From Anaerolineae bacterium (GTDB taxonomy: Bacteria; Chloroflexota; Anaerolineae; S140-20): 64,000 nucleotides of DNA. This document shows, one piece after another, positions 51,998 to 62,090 of the stretch (the first letter of the stretch is position 1; every line of letters starts with the position of its first letter). The stretch is taken from positions 1 to 64,000 of the forward strand of contig JALUTT010000085.1 of the NCBI GenBank assembly GCA_027021705.1, given 5' to 3'. The notes under the pieces are model-generated. The model did not search any database, had not been told where the DNA came from, and saw only the letters and a program-made list of their open reading frames with translations. Position numbers and translations under genes: made by a program.

Positions 51998-53944
51998 ATG
52001 CACGAGACATGGCGTGACTGGTATGAGGCTGTTCTGCGTCCCCTCCTTGACCACACCCCCGATGCTGAACCTTCTCCCACCTTGAAGAAGCTGCTCGCCC
52101 GCGATCCCGACGAAGTGGACCTGGCCCTCCTGGCCGCCGACACCGACCGTACCCAAAGCTACATCTTCGAGAGCGCCAAACTCCCCGAAATCCGGGGAGG
52201 AAGCGAGCTGCTTCGCCGCCTGAACCAGGAGGTCCTGCCCCAGATCGTGACCGACGCCGGCCTCCCCGCAGCGTGCGTGCTCTATGCCGGCGGTGGGAGC
52301 CTCCTGGCCCTGGTGCCCGCCTCCATCGCCGACGACCTGGCGGCTCAGATCGAGCGATGCTACCCCGACCGGACCGGCACGGCAACCATCACCTGCGTCT
52401 GGCGGCCTGTCAGCCCCCAGGAGGTCCTCCACGGCTGGGGAGGCACGACCTTCTCCCAAGACCAGGTCAACGCCCTGCGCGACCGGCTCACTGCTGAGGA
52501 CTGGCAGCGCGTCGCCCGCGCCTACGGCCTCTCCGACGGTGGCCCCATCCCCCCAGAAGCCTACCGGCAGCGTCGGGGCTTTGGGCAGATGGTCCAAGTG
52601 ATGGGCACGCTGCTGCGGCGGCGCAAGGAGACCCCGCCGGCCATACCCGTTGTTGAAGCCTTCCCCTTCGCCATGCGCTGCCAGGTCTGCCAAGTGCGTC
52701 CGGCGGAGCGGATCGCCCCCTACTTCGGCGAAGACCGGCCCCTCTGCGCCGCCTGTCAGCGTAAAGCAGGCGATGGACGAGCGCAAGAGGCCCGCAGCCA
52801 GCAGGTGAGGCGCTTCCTGGCCTGGCTAAAAGATCGGCCCGACCTCGAGGAACGCTACCTAGGTGACGCGGCCCGGCGCCGGGTCCACTTCACCCAGGAC
52901 TTGAACGAGTTGGGGGCCGCCTGCCGAGCACGGCCGGGGTACATCGGGCTCCTCTACGCCGACGGCAACCGGATGGGCCAGGTTCTGGAGTCCCTCCCCA
53001 CGCCAGAGGCCTACCGCCAGTTCAGCCAGGCCCTGAGGGAAGCCCTGGAGCACGCCGCCTACCAGGCCCTGGCAGAGCACCTCCATCCCATCCAAATCGA
53101 GCGGGTCAGCCCTACCGGAAAACCCCTGGGGAAAGGGTACATCCACCCCCTAGAACCCTTGGTCGCCGGCGGGGATGACCTGATCCTCATCGTGCCGGCC
53201 GATGTGGCGCTGCCCATCGCCCTCCGCTTGAGCCAGCTCTTCGAGCGGGAGATGGTTCAACGGGTGCCGGACGAGATATGGTCCTGGCTCCCCCCTGCCC
53301 TGCGCCACCCCACCCTCTCCGTCGGCGTCGCCATCGCCGACAGCCACAACCCCGTTCGGGTTCTCCAACAACTCTCCCGGGAACTCTGCAAGAGCGCTAA
53401 AGGTCGCGTCCACGAGGAGGAGGAGCAAGGCCACCCTCCCACCTCGGCCCTGGACTTCCTGGTGCTCAAATCCCAGAGCATGCTGCGCCGCGACCTCCGG
53501 CAGCTTCGCCGGCTCCCGCCCTACTACTACTCCGAGGACGGGCGTCGGCGGGGCCGCTTGATGACCGCGGCGCCCTACACCCTGGAGGAGGGCCGCCGGC
53601 TGCTGCGGCTGCTCAAGGCGATACGCCAGGCGAACACCCCCACCAGCCTTCTGCAGAACCTGGTGGCCGCGCTGCATCGGGGACGCAAGTACGGCTCGCT
53701 CCACTACCTGTACCAGCAGGCCCGCTTAGGTGGGACGCAGCCCCTGCTGACCCTCCTGCCCCGAGTCTGGCCCTACGACGACCGGCGGGACCCCATCCCC
53801 TGGCACCGCCTCCCTGGCGAGGAGGAAGTCTTCGCCACCATCGTGCCCGACCTGCTGGAGCTCTACCCCTTCGTGCCCAAACCGGCCCCCGACGATCTGT
53901 GGCGGGAGGTCCTGACGGAGGCAGACGATGAAGACGCGAATTGA
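51998..53944 (+). CDS. cas10: type III CRISPR Cas10, no HD domain, intact GGDD
   Basis: QSYIFES..LPEIRGGS, YAGGG, CQVC..CAAC, YADGNRMG, AGGDD (about 53165-53179). Confidence 0.92.
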   Translation: MHETWRDWYEAVLRPLLDHTPDAEPSPTLKKLLARDPDEVDLALLAADTDRTQSYIFESAKLPEIRGGSELLRRLNQEVLPQIVTDAGLPAACVLYAGGGSLLALVPASIADDLAAQIERCYPDRTGTATITCVWRPVSPQEVLHGWGGTTFSQDQVNALRDRLTAEDWQRVARAYGLSDGGPIPPEAYRQRRGFGQMVQVMGTLLRRRKETPPAIPVVEAFPFAMRCQVCQVRPAERIAPYFGEDRPLCAACQRKAGDGRAQEARSQQVRRFLAWLKDRPDLEERYLGDAARRRVHFTQDLNELGAACRARPGYIGLLYADGNRMGQVLESLPTPEAYRQFSQALREALEHAAYQALAEHLHPIQIERVSPTGKPLGKGYIHPLEPLVAGGDDLILIVPADVALPIALRLSQLFEREMVQRVPDEIWSWLPPALRHPTLSVGVAIADSHNPVRVLQQLSRELCKSAKGRVHEEEEQGHPPTSALDFLVLKSQSMLRRDLRQLRRLPPYYYSEDGRRRGRLMTAAPYTLEEGRRLLRLLKAIRQANTPTSLLQNLVAALHRGRKYGSLHYLYQQARLGGTQPLLTLLPRVWPYDDRRDPIPWHRLPGEEEVFATIVPDLLELYPFVPKPAPDDLWREVLTEADDEDAN

Positions 53945-55814
53945 CGTTCACCTGACCTTCGACGGCCCCTTCAACGTGGGCAGCGGAGCCATAGGCGGCT
54001 CGCTGGCCGACAAACCCCTGATCCGAGATGCCCGGGGGCTGCCTATGGTGCCTGCCTCCGCTTTCAAGGGCCGTCTGCGCCACGAGGTGGAACGGCTGGC
54101 CCCCATCCTCTGCCCCGATGATCCGCCGCCGTGTGGCTCCCCCCGCGCAGAGACGATGTGTCAGGGTGATGCGCCTCCCTGCCCCGTCTGCCGCCTCTTC
54201 GGCTCCCCTTGGCATCCAGGCCGGCTGACCTTCAGCGACTTCACGCTGGTGGAACCGGCCTTTCTGCTCATCGGGGAGCCTCCGCCGGGCCACCTGCGCT
54301 ACGGCGTCGGGCTCTCGCGCCAGCGTCGGGTGGCCGAGGACCAACTGCTCTACACGGTCGAGGTCTTCCTGCCCGGCACCCCCATCACCCTGAGCGGCAC
54401 GATCCAGGGCGATCTGGAGAACGAGGACCTCGTCCTGCTGAAAGCGGCGCTGGAGAACCTCCTCGCCGTCGGCGGGGGCAAGACCAAAGGGCTGGGCTGG
54501 TTTGAGATGGCCTTCCACATCCACCGGGAACCGGAGCCCGCTCCTCCCGCCCCCCTCTCGGTGGGTGACCAAGACGAGGTGCTGGAAGTCATCGTCCAGT
54601 TGGACTCCCCCCTGCTCCTGGGCCCCGATGCCGACGAGGCTTTCTACAAAACGACCCGGTCCTTCATCCCCGGCAGCGTCCTGCGGGGCTCCCTGGCCCG
54701 ACAGATGACTGCCGCCTGCGAACATGACCCGCAGGCCCCCCACGAGGGGTGTGACTTCGGTCGCCTCTTCGACGATGGCCCTGCTCCCATCTTTGAGCAT
54801 CTCTACCCCACCACCTCTCACGCCTGGGAGTTCCCCTTCCCCGCCCCGCTGACCGCCCGTTCCTGCAAGTACCATCCGGGCTTCGTTCACCCCCGTGCCG
54901 AGGAGGAGGGGGGCCACGGCGTCGGGGACATTTTGATCCCCCAGGCGGTCTTCGAGGCCATGCTGGACCGGGGGCTGCCCCTGCCGGCCCTCTACCGGCC
55001 CCGGTGCCCCAGGTGCGGGGCTGAAGTGGTCCCCTTCGACGCCTTCCTCCTGATGATCGAGGCCGACCGCTTCGACAGCATCGCCGTGCCCATCCGCCGC
55101 ACCTCTCACACGGCCATCAACCGGCAGCGGGCCGTTGCAGCCGACGGGCTGCTCTACACCCTGGAGACCATCGAGCCGTTGGACCACCAACGCCGTCCCA
55201 CCACCTTTCGGGGGCGGGTGCGGGCCTCGCCCGCCCAGATCGCCATCCTGGCCCATTGGCTCCCCCGGCTCTCCGCTCTAGGGCGGGGCCAGACCCGGGG
55301 CCTGGGCCACGTCCACGTTCAGGTTAAGCGCCCGGAGGAGACCCCCAACCCGCTGCCCCTCCTGGAAACACGCTTGCGAGATTTCAACACCGCATTCTGC
55401 CAGGAATGGGCCTTCTACGAGCGGGTGGTAGGGGCCGAGCCCCTGCCGGACGATCTCCTCTTCTTCAGCTTGGACCTCCTCTCACCCGCCGCCCTGACCT
55501 GGCACGGCGTGCCGGTCACGGCCCCACCCCCGGCGATGCTGGGCTTTGAGGGGGGCGTCCACCTGCAGCGGGCCTTCGCCCGCTACCAGATGGTGGGCGG
55601 CTGGCACCTGGGTGCCGGCCTGCCCCGGCGAACCCGCCCCGTGGTGGTGCAGGGAAGCGTCTTCCTCTATCGCTGCCAGGGCCTCTCCTTGGAAGCACTG
55701 GCTGCTCACTTGGCCCCCTTGGAGACCCAGGGCCTAGGGGAGGACCGGGGTCGGGGGTTTGGCCGTCTCCTGATCTGCTCTCCCTTCCATTACAAGCCGG
55801 AGGTGACCCTATGA
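53928..55814 (+). CDS. Cas7(Csm3-like)-Cas5 fusion, Csx10-like RAMP
   Basis: N-terminal RAMP VPASAFKG..CPVCRLFG..GGGKTKGLG; second FIPGSVLRG, GRGQTRGLG, GEDRGRGFG. Confidence 0.85.
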   Translation: MKTRIDVHLTFDGPFNVGSGAIGGSLADKPLIRDARGLPMVPASAFKGRLRHEVERLAPILCPDDPPPCGSPRAETMCQGDAPPCPVCRLFGSPWHPGRLTFSDFTLVEPAFLLIGEPPPGHLRYGVGLSRQRRVAEDQLLYTVEVFLPGTPITLSGTIQGDLENEDLVLLKAALENLLAVGGGKTKGLGWFEMAFHIHREPEPAPPAPLSVGDQDEVLEVIVQLDSPLLLGPDADEAFYKTTRSFIPGSVLRGSLARQMTAACEHDPQAPHEGCDFGRLFDDGPAPIFEHLYPTTSHAWEFPFPAPLTARSCKYHPGFVHPRAEEEGGHGVGDILIPQAVFEAMLDRGLPLPALYRPRCPRCGAEVVPFDAFLLMIEADRFDSIAVPIRRTSHTAINRQRAVAADGLLYTLETIEPLDHQRRPTTFRGRVRASPAQIAILAHWLPRLSALGRGQTRGLGHVHVQVKRPEETPNPLPLLETRLRDFNTAFCQEWAFYERVVGAEPLPDDLLFFSLDLLSPAALTWHGVPVTAPPPAMLGFEGGVHLQRAFARYQMVGGWHLGAGLPRRTRPVVVQGSVFLYRCQGLSLEALAAHLAPLETQGLGEDRGRGFGRLLICSPFHYKPEVTL

Positions 55815-56317
55815 GTGGGCAAGGACAAGGAACGAGCAACGGACGCGAGCAGAAACGCCAGCGTCTCCGCCGTCGCATGGCGATCCAACGCCAGGTGGAG
55901 CTGCGGATGAACCACCTCATCCGGCAGATGACCCAACTGGTGGATGCGGAGACGAAGGTGGCCGAGAGCCGGATGGAGAAGCACCAGATCAAGACCCTGC
56001 TGGGGGTGGCCTTGGAGACCTCCAGCGTCGAGGTCATCAAACACTACATCCTCTACCAGGTGGGGCGGGATGTGGCGGGCACGAACTGGCGTCACAACGA
56101 TTTCGGTCGGAAGCTGGTGAAGGCGCTGGACAGGCTGCGCCAGGACGCCGAGCGGATCACCCGGCAGGTCCACCGACAGCTCCGCCTGGAGGACCCCAGC
56201 CGGGAAGAGGTGGAGGAGACCTGGCTGTTGCTGGTGCGGGCCTACCTGGGCTATCTCAACCGCTACTTCTACTTTCGGAAGGAGGAGGCGCTATGGCCAT
56301 CGGCAACGAGTGGATAG
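55811..56317 (+). CDS. putative Cas11 small subunit
   Basis: All-helical 168 aa protein, YILYQVGR, position in type III operon. Confidence 0.65.
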   Translation: MSGQGQGTSNGREQKRQRLRRRMAIQRQVELRMNHLIRQMTQLVDAETKVAESRMEKHQIKTLLGVALETSSVEVIKHYILYQVGRDVAGTNWRHNDFGRKLVKALDRLRQDAERITRQVHRQLRLEDPSREEVEETWLLLVRAYLGYLNRYFYFRKEEALWPSATSG

Positions 56318-57159
56318 ACTTCACCACCTTTCACAACCGCCTGCGGGTGCGGGGGGTTCTGCACGCCGAGACGGCCCTGCGCATCGGTAGCGGGGAGACG
56401 AGCGGCCCCACCGAGCACGACCTGCCCGTCTTAAAGGACCTCTACGGACGTCCCTACATTCCCGGCAGTTCCTTCAAAGGGGCCTACCGCGCCCACTTGG
56501 AGCGGCTGCTGCGGGGGATGGACGAGCGGCTGGCCTGCCCCAGCACCACCCGCCCGCGCGGACGCGACGCCCTGCCCGGCTGCCTCACCCAGGAGGATGT
56601 GGACTACCTGAAGCGTCAGTACGAGGGCGACGCTCCCGGCCTGGCCCGTGAGATCCTGCGCCGCTCCTGCTGGACCTGCTCCCTCCTGGGCGCCCCCTGG
56701 CTGGCCTCCAAGGTCCTGGTCCGAGACCTGACCGTTGTCCCCGAAACTTGGTTCGAGCACTACCTTGTTCGCGACGGGGTTGCCATTGACCGGGACACCG
56801 AGACGGCGGCGGAAGGGCTCAAGTACGACTTCGAGGCCGTTCCCTCCGGCACAGCTTTCGCCTTCGAGATGGTCATCGAGAACGCCAGCGATGCCGAATT
56901 GGGGCTGGCCCTGCTAGGGCTGCGAGAGTTTGAAGAGGGTTACGTCTCCCTGGGAGGAGGAGCCTCACGGGGGCTGGGCAACGTCCGCCTGGTGCTGGAC
57001 TGGGAGCGGTCAGAGTGGCTGACAGCCTCGGACCTACGGGCCTACCTGGAACGGCGGACCGTCGGCAGCCTGGCCCGAGAGGAAGACCGTCAGCGCTACT
57101 GGCGGGCCTTCCTGGACGCGCTGGAGAGGGGAAAGAAGGAGGTAGAGGGCCATGCATAA
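56293..57159 (+). CDS. Cas7 group RAMP (Csm3/Csx7-like)
   Basis: LRIGSG..DLPVLKD..PYIPGSSFKG, RDGVAIDRDT, GGGASRGLG. Confidence 0.9.
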   Translation: MAIGNEWIDFTTFHNRLRVRGVLHAETALRIGSGETSGPTEHDLPVLKDLYGRPYIPGSSFKGAYRAHLERLLRGMDERLACPSTTRPRGRDALPGCLTQEDVDYLKRQYEGDAPGLAREILRRSCWTCSLLGAPWLASKVLVRDLTVVPETWFEHYLVRDGVAIDRDTETAAEGLKYDFEAVPSGTAFAFEMVIENASDAELGLALLGLREFEEGYVSLGGGASRGLGNVRLVLDWERSEWLTASDLRAYLERRTVGSLAREEDRQRYWRAFLDALERGKKEVEGHA

Positions 57160-58093
57160 GAAGTTGGTCAACGAGCTGCGCCTGACCTTCCGCATCCAGC
57201 CCCAGGGCCCTTTGCTCATCAAATCGGGCCGGGAGGCCGGGGCCGATCCCACCCTGCTCGACATGAACTTCGTGCGCACCACCCACGCCGAGCTAGGCCA
57301 TACTGTCTACCTGCCCGGCTCCAGCCTCAAGGGGGCCATACGCAGCTACTGCGAGAAGATCGGGCGGACGGTGGGGCTGAAGGTCTGCAACCCCCTGGAC
57401 GTGCGCGATTCCTGCGGCCGCCGACTGGAGCGCAAGGCCAAGAGGGCCACCGGCGCGGAGATCTACCGGCAGCTTTGCCCCATCTGCTGCATCTTCGGCC
57501 ACACGGTCATGTCCAGCCACATCCGCTTCGACGACGCCTACCCCACACCGGAGACGGTGGCCGTGGTCAACGAGACGGAGGAGCGGGATGGGGTGGCCAT
57601 AGACCGGGTGTCCGGGGCCGTGGCCGTAGGGCCATTTCAGCTCGAGGTGGTCACCCGAGGCGAGTTCCTCGCCGGCCTGACCCTGCGCAACTTCCAGCTC
57701 TGGCAGGTGGGCCTGCTGGCGGTGGCCCTACGGGATATGGCCGAGGGGCGCGTCCCCTTGGGTTTTGGCCGCAGCCGGGGGCTGGGGCGCGTCCGCTTGC
57801 GCTACGACCGGCTGGAGATCACCTATCCCGGCCGCTTCCACGACGATGGCGGGCAGAAGTTCGACCAAGCCCTCTACGGGGTCACAGCCCTGATGTCGGC
57901 TGCCGATGCCGAACCCTACGGCTTCTACCCCGAAGACCCCCTGCCCCTGCCCGTCTCCACGACACCCGTCAGCGAGTGGGGGCGCGTCAGCCTGGTCTAC
58001 GAAGACCCCGGAGCGATCATCCGGCTGCTCAAGGCAACGGTGAAGCCCTGGAGCGCCTACGTGGCGGCGATGACGCAGGGAGGGAACCGGTGA
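57152..58093 (+). CDS. Cas7 group RAMP (Csm3-like)
   Basis: YLPGSSLKG, CPICCIFG, RDGVAIDR, GFGRSRGLG. Confidence 0.9.
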   Translation: MHKKLVNELRLTFRIQPQGPLLIKSGREAGADPTLLDMNFVRTTHAELGHTVYLPGSSLKGAIRSYCEKIGRTVGLKVCNPLDVRDSCGRRLERKAKRATGAEIYRQLCPICCIFGHTVMSSHIRFDDAYPTPETVAVVNETEERDGVAIDRVSGAVAVGPFQLEVVTRGEFLAGLTLRNFQLWQVGLLAVALRDMAEGRVPLGFGRSRGLGRVRLRYDRLEITYPGRFHDDGGQKFDQALYGVTALMSAADAEPYGFYPEDPLPLPVSTTPVSEWGRVSLVYEDPGAIIRLLKATVKPWSAYVAAMTQGGNR

Positions 58094-58680
58094 GCGAGCG
58101 ACCCCACCTCTACCACCGTTTTGTGGCCCCCGAGGAATTGGCGGCGACTCTGGAGGCTCTGAGGGCCACCTACGTCCTGGACTACCTGTACTGGGAGTCC
58201 GAGGCCACCATCGAACTGACGGCCTACCGCACGCCGGATCCGGCGTGGTCCCACGGGCGGGCCTTCGGTCCGTCGCTGGAAGTGCGCTGGCAACGGACCG
58301 GCGAGGGGTTCGAGATGCTGCTGCTGACCGAGAGGCCGCTCCCCCTGCCCCAGGGGTGGCAACCCCTGCCGGAGGCCACTGCTGGGGGGCAAGGAGAGGC
58401 CGATACCCCGTTTCCCTACCCGGACTCGGTGGACTCCCCGGCGCAGGTGCTGCTCTGGGGCACCCACATTCGCCACCTCCAGCACCCCCACCGGCTGGCG
58501 GGTGGCGAGGGGGATGTCTGGATCGAGACGCGCATCCCCCGCCCCCTGCGCTATCCGGTCCGGGGAGCCCCCCCCTGGGTCAAGGCCCGGGTCATCACCT
58601 ACCGCTACCGGGGGCGTCCTGTGCTGACCCGCCTGGTGAGTCTGGAAGGAGAGAAGCATGAGCCCGAGACCTCCTGGTGA
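58090..58680 (+). CDS. Csx19-like protein
   Basis: GTG start overlapping upstream stop; GRAFGPSLEVRW, LLWG, TRLVSL; typical III-D position. Confidence 0.7.
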   Translation: MSERPHLYHRFVAPEELAATLEALRATYVLDYLYWESEATIELTAYRTPDPAWSHGRAFGPSLEVRWQRTGEGFEMLLLTERPLPLPQGWQPLPEATAGGQGEADTPFPYPDSVDSPAQVLLWGTHIRHLQHPHRLAGGEGDVWIETRIPRPLRYPVRGAPPWVKARVITYRYRGRPVLTRLVSLEGEKHEPETSW

Positions 58681-59671
58681 TGAGTTCGTTCCCAAGCCTT
58701 ACAACTTCGTTCCCTTCCCCCAGAAGGTAGAGCGCTTCCGGGTGCCCGGCCACGAACGGCTGGACCTGGCGGACCACTACAGCGGTCGGCTCACCTATCG
58801 CCTGCAGGCGCTGACCCCCGTCTTCGTGGGCACCGGCACCTACGCCCTGGGCGAGGACGTGGGCTTCCCCCGGGCACTGGTCGTCCGTCCCTTCTACCGG
58901 GTGCGCGGCGAGCCTACCATCCCCGGTTCCTCGTTGAAGGGCGTGGTCCGCAGCATCGTCGAGGCCGTCAGCCCTTCCTGTGTCACCGTCACCCGCATCG
59001 CCCCCCACAAGCTGCCCCCAGGGGTGGAACTGGCCCAGGGCCGGCGCCGGGGTTGCAGCCCCACCCAGGCCTGTCCGGCCTGCAACCTCTTCGGTCGGGT
59101 GAGCCAGTCGGCGAAGGTCCATTTCAGCGACGCCCACCTGGCCGAGGGGGGGAAGACGGCCCTCTTCCGGCTGACGCCTCTCTTCGCGCCCCGCGCCTTC
59201 CGCTCCCCACCCGTCTACCTGAACGATGAGGGAAAGTTCAAAGGGCGCAAGTTCTACTACCACAGCCGGCCGGCCGAGGACAGCCGCCAGCCTCCCGTCG
59301 AGGTGATCCCCAAAGGGCGGCAGGTGACAGGGGAGGTGACCTTCGAGAACCTGCGGATGGCCGAACTGGGCCTCCTCCTCTTCGCCTTGGGGCTAGATGG
59401 CACCCTTACCCTCAAGCTGGGTGGCGGCAAACCCGTGGGGCTGGGCTCCCTGCGAACGGTGGGGGCGACGTTGGCCCTGCTGGAGGCCGACCACTACACC
59501 CAGGCCGAGGCCCAGGAGAGGACTTATCGTGGGAAAGCGCTGGCCGACTTCGTAGGGCAGGCCATTGATGCCGCCCTGAGCGAAGGTATCCTCCTGCGAG
59601 AGCAAGCCCTGGAGCTGGCAGAGATCCTGACCTTCACCCAAGATCGTTCCGCCCCTCTGAGGTCCTACTGA
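58658..59671 (+). CDS. terminal Cas7 group RAMP
   Basis: PYNFV, IPGSSLKGVVRS, CPACNLFG, GRKFYYH, KLGGGKPVGLG. Confidence 0.88.
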   Translation: MSPRPPGDEFVPKPYNFVPFPQKVERFRVPGHERLDLADHYSGRLTYRLQALTPVFVGTGTYALGEDVGFPRALVVRPFYRVRGEPTIPGSSLKGVVRSIVEAVSPSCVTVTRIAPHKLPPGVELAQGRRRGCSPTQACPACNLFGRVSQSAKVHFSDAHLAEGGKTALFRLTPLFAPRAFRSPPVYLNDEGKFKGRKFYYHSRPAEDSRQPPVEVIPKGRQVTGEVTFENLRMAELGLLLFALGLDGTLTLKLGGGKPVGLGSLRTVGATLALLEADHYTQAEAQERTYRGKALADFVGQAIDAALSEGILLREQALELAEILTFTQDRSAPLRSY

Positions 59672-59766
59672 GCCTCTGCCCCACCGGAACGCACGACACG
59701 CTTTCGAGGCCCGGCCCTTCCCGGCCACGCCGATTCGCGCCGGGCTGCACGGTGAGGAGGTGACCG

Positions 59767-60111
59767 ATGGCGATGAGCAAAGCGGATTGGGCCAAAGCCG
59801 ACGCCATTGCCCGCCGGTTGGCCAAGGACGTAGACCGCAACGAGCTGGGCAAGATCGTGGCCTATGCCCACCGTGTCCGCGATCCAGGGAAGGTGATCAC
59901 GCTGGCGCAGCGCCTGCCCCAGAGCGGCTATGTGCGCAGCAAGCGCACCCGAGGCTACCTCCAACGAATCGCCCGGGTCCTGAGCGACGAACTGGCCGGC
60001 CTGGAAAGAGAGCGGGCGCTCGCCATCCTGGCCTGGGCTTTCCGATTGCTCACCACCTACCAGACGGAGATGGGCACGGGCAAGGCAGCCGGGCGGAGGC
60101 AAAGAGGCTAG
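59767..60111 (+). CDS. small basic helical cas-associated protein (possible second Cas11-like)
   Basis: GAGGAGG RBS; 114 aa helical; ILAWAFRL near C-terminus. Confidence 0.55.
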   Translation: MAMSKADWAKADAIARRLAKDVDRNELGKIVAYAHRVRDPGKVITLAQRLPQSGYVRSKRTRGYLQRIARVLSDELAGLERERALAILAWAFRLLTTYQTEMGTGKAAGRRQRG

Positions 60112-60161
60112 CCTTTCGCCTTTAGTTGAACTGGGGTAAAGCCATGTTGGGAGAAGCCCCG

Positions 60162-61427
60162 ATGGAATTTCTTGAGAGAGAGATTCGCGATCTTCAGGAA
60201 GAGCTGGACAGCATCGAAAAGCGCAGACACATCTTTCAGGGGCATGTGCGCCATCTCGAGGAGCGAGCAGCCATACAAGGTGGTGAACACAATCTCTCAC
60301 TCGCTGATAGAACTCAATTGGAACGTGTTCGTGAAGTGTTTGAAAAGCTTGACCTACAAATGCAGGACCTCCAACGCCAGTTAGTAGACAGGCTTGATAG
60401 ATTGCAGAGAGCTCAGGAGGTGGAAGCACTTGAGAAAGCGCTAGACGAGGCCATCGAGCAAGAGAATCCTAGTCTTGTAAAAAGTATCGCCGGGCAGTTG
60501 AAAAGCCTGGAACCGTCCCGTGCAGAGACGGTTGATCTGAAGCTCACGCGCTACTATTGGAGAGCAGTTATAGCTATGGAGCGCACCAGGAATTTTGATG
60601 GCTGTAGGCAAGCATGGGAACAGTTGGAAGCCCACTGCTATCGAACTGGTGACGAAGAGGGCCTTGGCAATGCCCGTGAAGGACTGGCACGCTTATTTGA
60701 GCAGCAAGGTGACAAGGAGGCTCGAGAGGGAGGATTTACCCAGGCCATCCATCTCTACCGCCAGGCCTACAAAAAGTGGTGCGAGGTAGGAACAGGAGAA
60801 GACGCACTATTCGCCCAGCAGCGTGTCTTAGGGAAACAGGCCCAAGCGTACGAGAATCTGGAACAGCTTGAAAAAGCATTGCACTGTAGTTATGATCGGC
60901 TAGAACTGCTGACGCAGATGGGACGATTACAAGAAGCCAAGCCTTGCTACCGCCAAGCCATAAAGTTATGCGCCAGGCTCTCCGGCCCACAGCGTGATGA
61001 TTGGGAGTATAGACTCACCAGCCTCTATGTCGAGTGGCTTAAAGACCTTGAGAGCCCCTCGGAGATTCAGGAAATCGCCGACCTCGGTCGTCGTGAGAAC
61101 AGACCAGCAATTTACGAACCTGCCACTTATGCCCTAAAGGATCTCAGTATCTTGATCCCACAGCCGTTACACCTCCGAGAGAGACATCGCTCCCCACCAG
61201 GAGAACCATCGCGCGATCTGACCATCCGACAGCGCTGTGCTGACTTGGACAAACTGATTGCCGAAGCCCAAAAGCTTCTCAGGGAGTTCGAGGAGCTCCG
61301 CCTCCTGGCCGATGATCCCAAGAAAAAGCTTCGGCTGGAACGCCAGATCGCCGACCTGAAGGCCCAGATGAAGGATTACGAAGCGGAGTATCAGGAGCTA
61401 CAGTGCCACGAGCTAGAGGGGAGGTAA
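60162..61427 (+). CDS. coiled-coil/TPR-like protein with terminal helical modules (Y'-TPR-X)
   Basis: TPR-like segments (AIHLYRQAY, AKPCYRQAI); C-terminus shared with next gene; lower GC; start could be 60144. Confidence 0.75.
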   Translation: MEFLEREIRDLQEELDSIEKRRHIFQGHVRHLEERAAIQGGEHNLSLADRTQLERVREVFEKLDLQMQDLQRQLVDRLDRLQRAQEVEALEKALDEAIEQENPSLVKSIAGQLKSLEPSRAETVDLKLTRYYWRAVIAMERTRNFDGCRQAWEQLEAHCYRTGDEEGLGNAREGLARLFEQQGDKEAREGGFTQAIHLYRQAYKKWCEVGTGEDALFAQQRVLGKQAQAYENLEQLEKALHCSYDRLELLTQMGRLQEAKPCYRQAIKLCARLSGPQRDDWEYRLTSLYVEWLKDLESPSEIQEIADLGRRENRPAIYEPATYALKDLSILIPQPLHLRERHRSPPGEPSRDLTIRQRCADLDKLIAEAQKLLREFEELRLLADDPKKKLRLERQIADLKAQMKDYEAEYQELQCHELEGR

Positions 61428-62090
61428 GGCTTGATGACCGATCATTTGGATGAAGAAGTGGAACACCTGCGCGAACTCCTGCGCACCCATCGGCGCACCT
61501 TGATGATCCTGGAAGAGCAGATCGCCCAGTTCACCGAGATGGAAGCCCCCGTCCACAAGCTCAGCCAGCGGGATCAGGTACGCGCCGAGATCCAGCGCCT
61601 GGAGGCCCAGCTGCAAGCTTTGTCGTCGCAAGGGGGCCGTCAGGCATCGCAGGCATCGAAGGAAAAGCCACCTCGCAAGACTGATTCCACCGGTCGCAAC
61701 CAGCGCCAACAGCGTTGTGACTCCTTAGGCGAGTTGATCCGCGACGCTCAGGCCCTGCTCAAAGAGTACGAGGAGCTTCGCCTCCTGGCCGATAATCCCA
61801 AGGAAAAGCGTCGGCTGGAACGCCAGATCGCCGACCTGAAGGCCCAGATGAAGGATTACGAAGCGGAGTATCAAGAGCTACAGTGCCACGAGCTAGAGGG
61901 GAGGTAAGGCTTGATGACCGATCATTTAGATTTAGAGAAAGAAGTGGAACACCTGCGCGAACGCCTGCGCATCCATCGGCGCACCCTGATGATCCTGGAA
62001 AAGCAGATCGCTCAGTTCACCGAGATGGAAGCCCCCGTCCATAAGCTCAACCAGCGGGATCAGGTACGCGCCGAGATCCAGCGTCTGGAG
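61229..62090 (+). repeat. about 376-bp direct repeat with 480-bp period (61229-61604 / 61709-62090) spanning gene ends and starts
   Basis: Near-identical core 61289-61604 vs 61769-62090 with a 6-bp indel. Confidence 0.93.
61434..61907 (+). CDS. two-module (Y-X) small helical protein, putative adaptor
   Basis: N-terminus nearly identical to that of the 61914 gene; C-terminus similar to that of the 60162 gene; GAGG RBS. Confidence 0.75.
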   Translation: MTDHLDEEVEHLRELLRTHRRTLMILEEQIAQFTEMEAPVHKLSQRDQVRAEIQRLEAQLQALSSQGGRQASQASKEKPPRKTDSTGRNQRQQRCDSLGELIRDAQALLKEYEELRLLADNPKEKRRLERQIADLKAQMKDYEAEYQELQCHELEGR

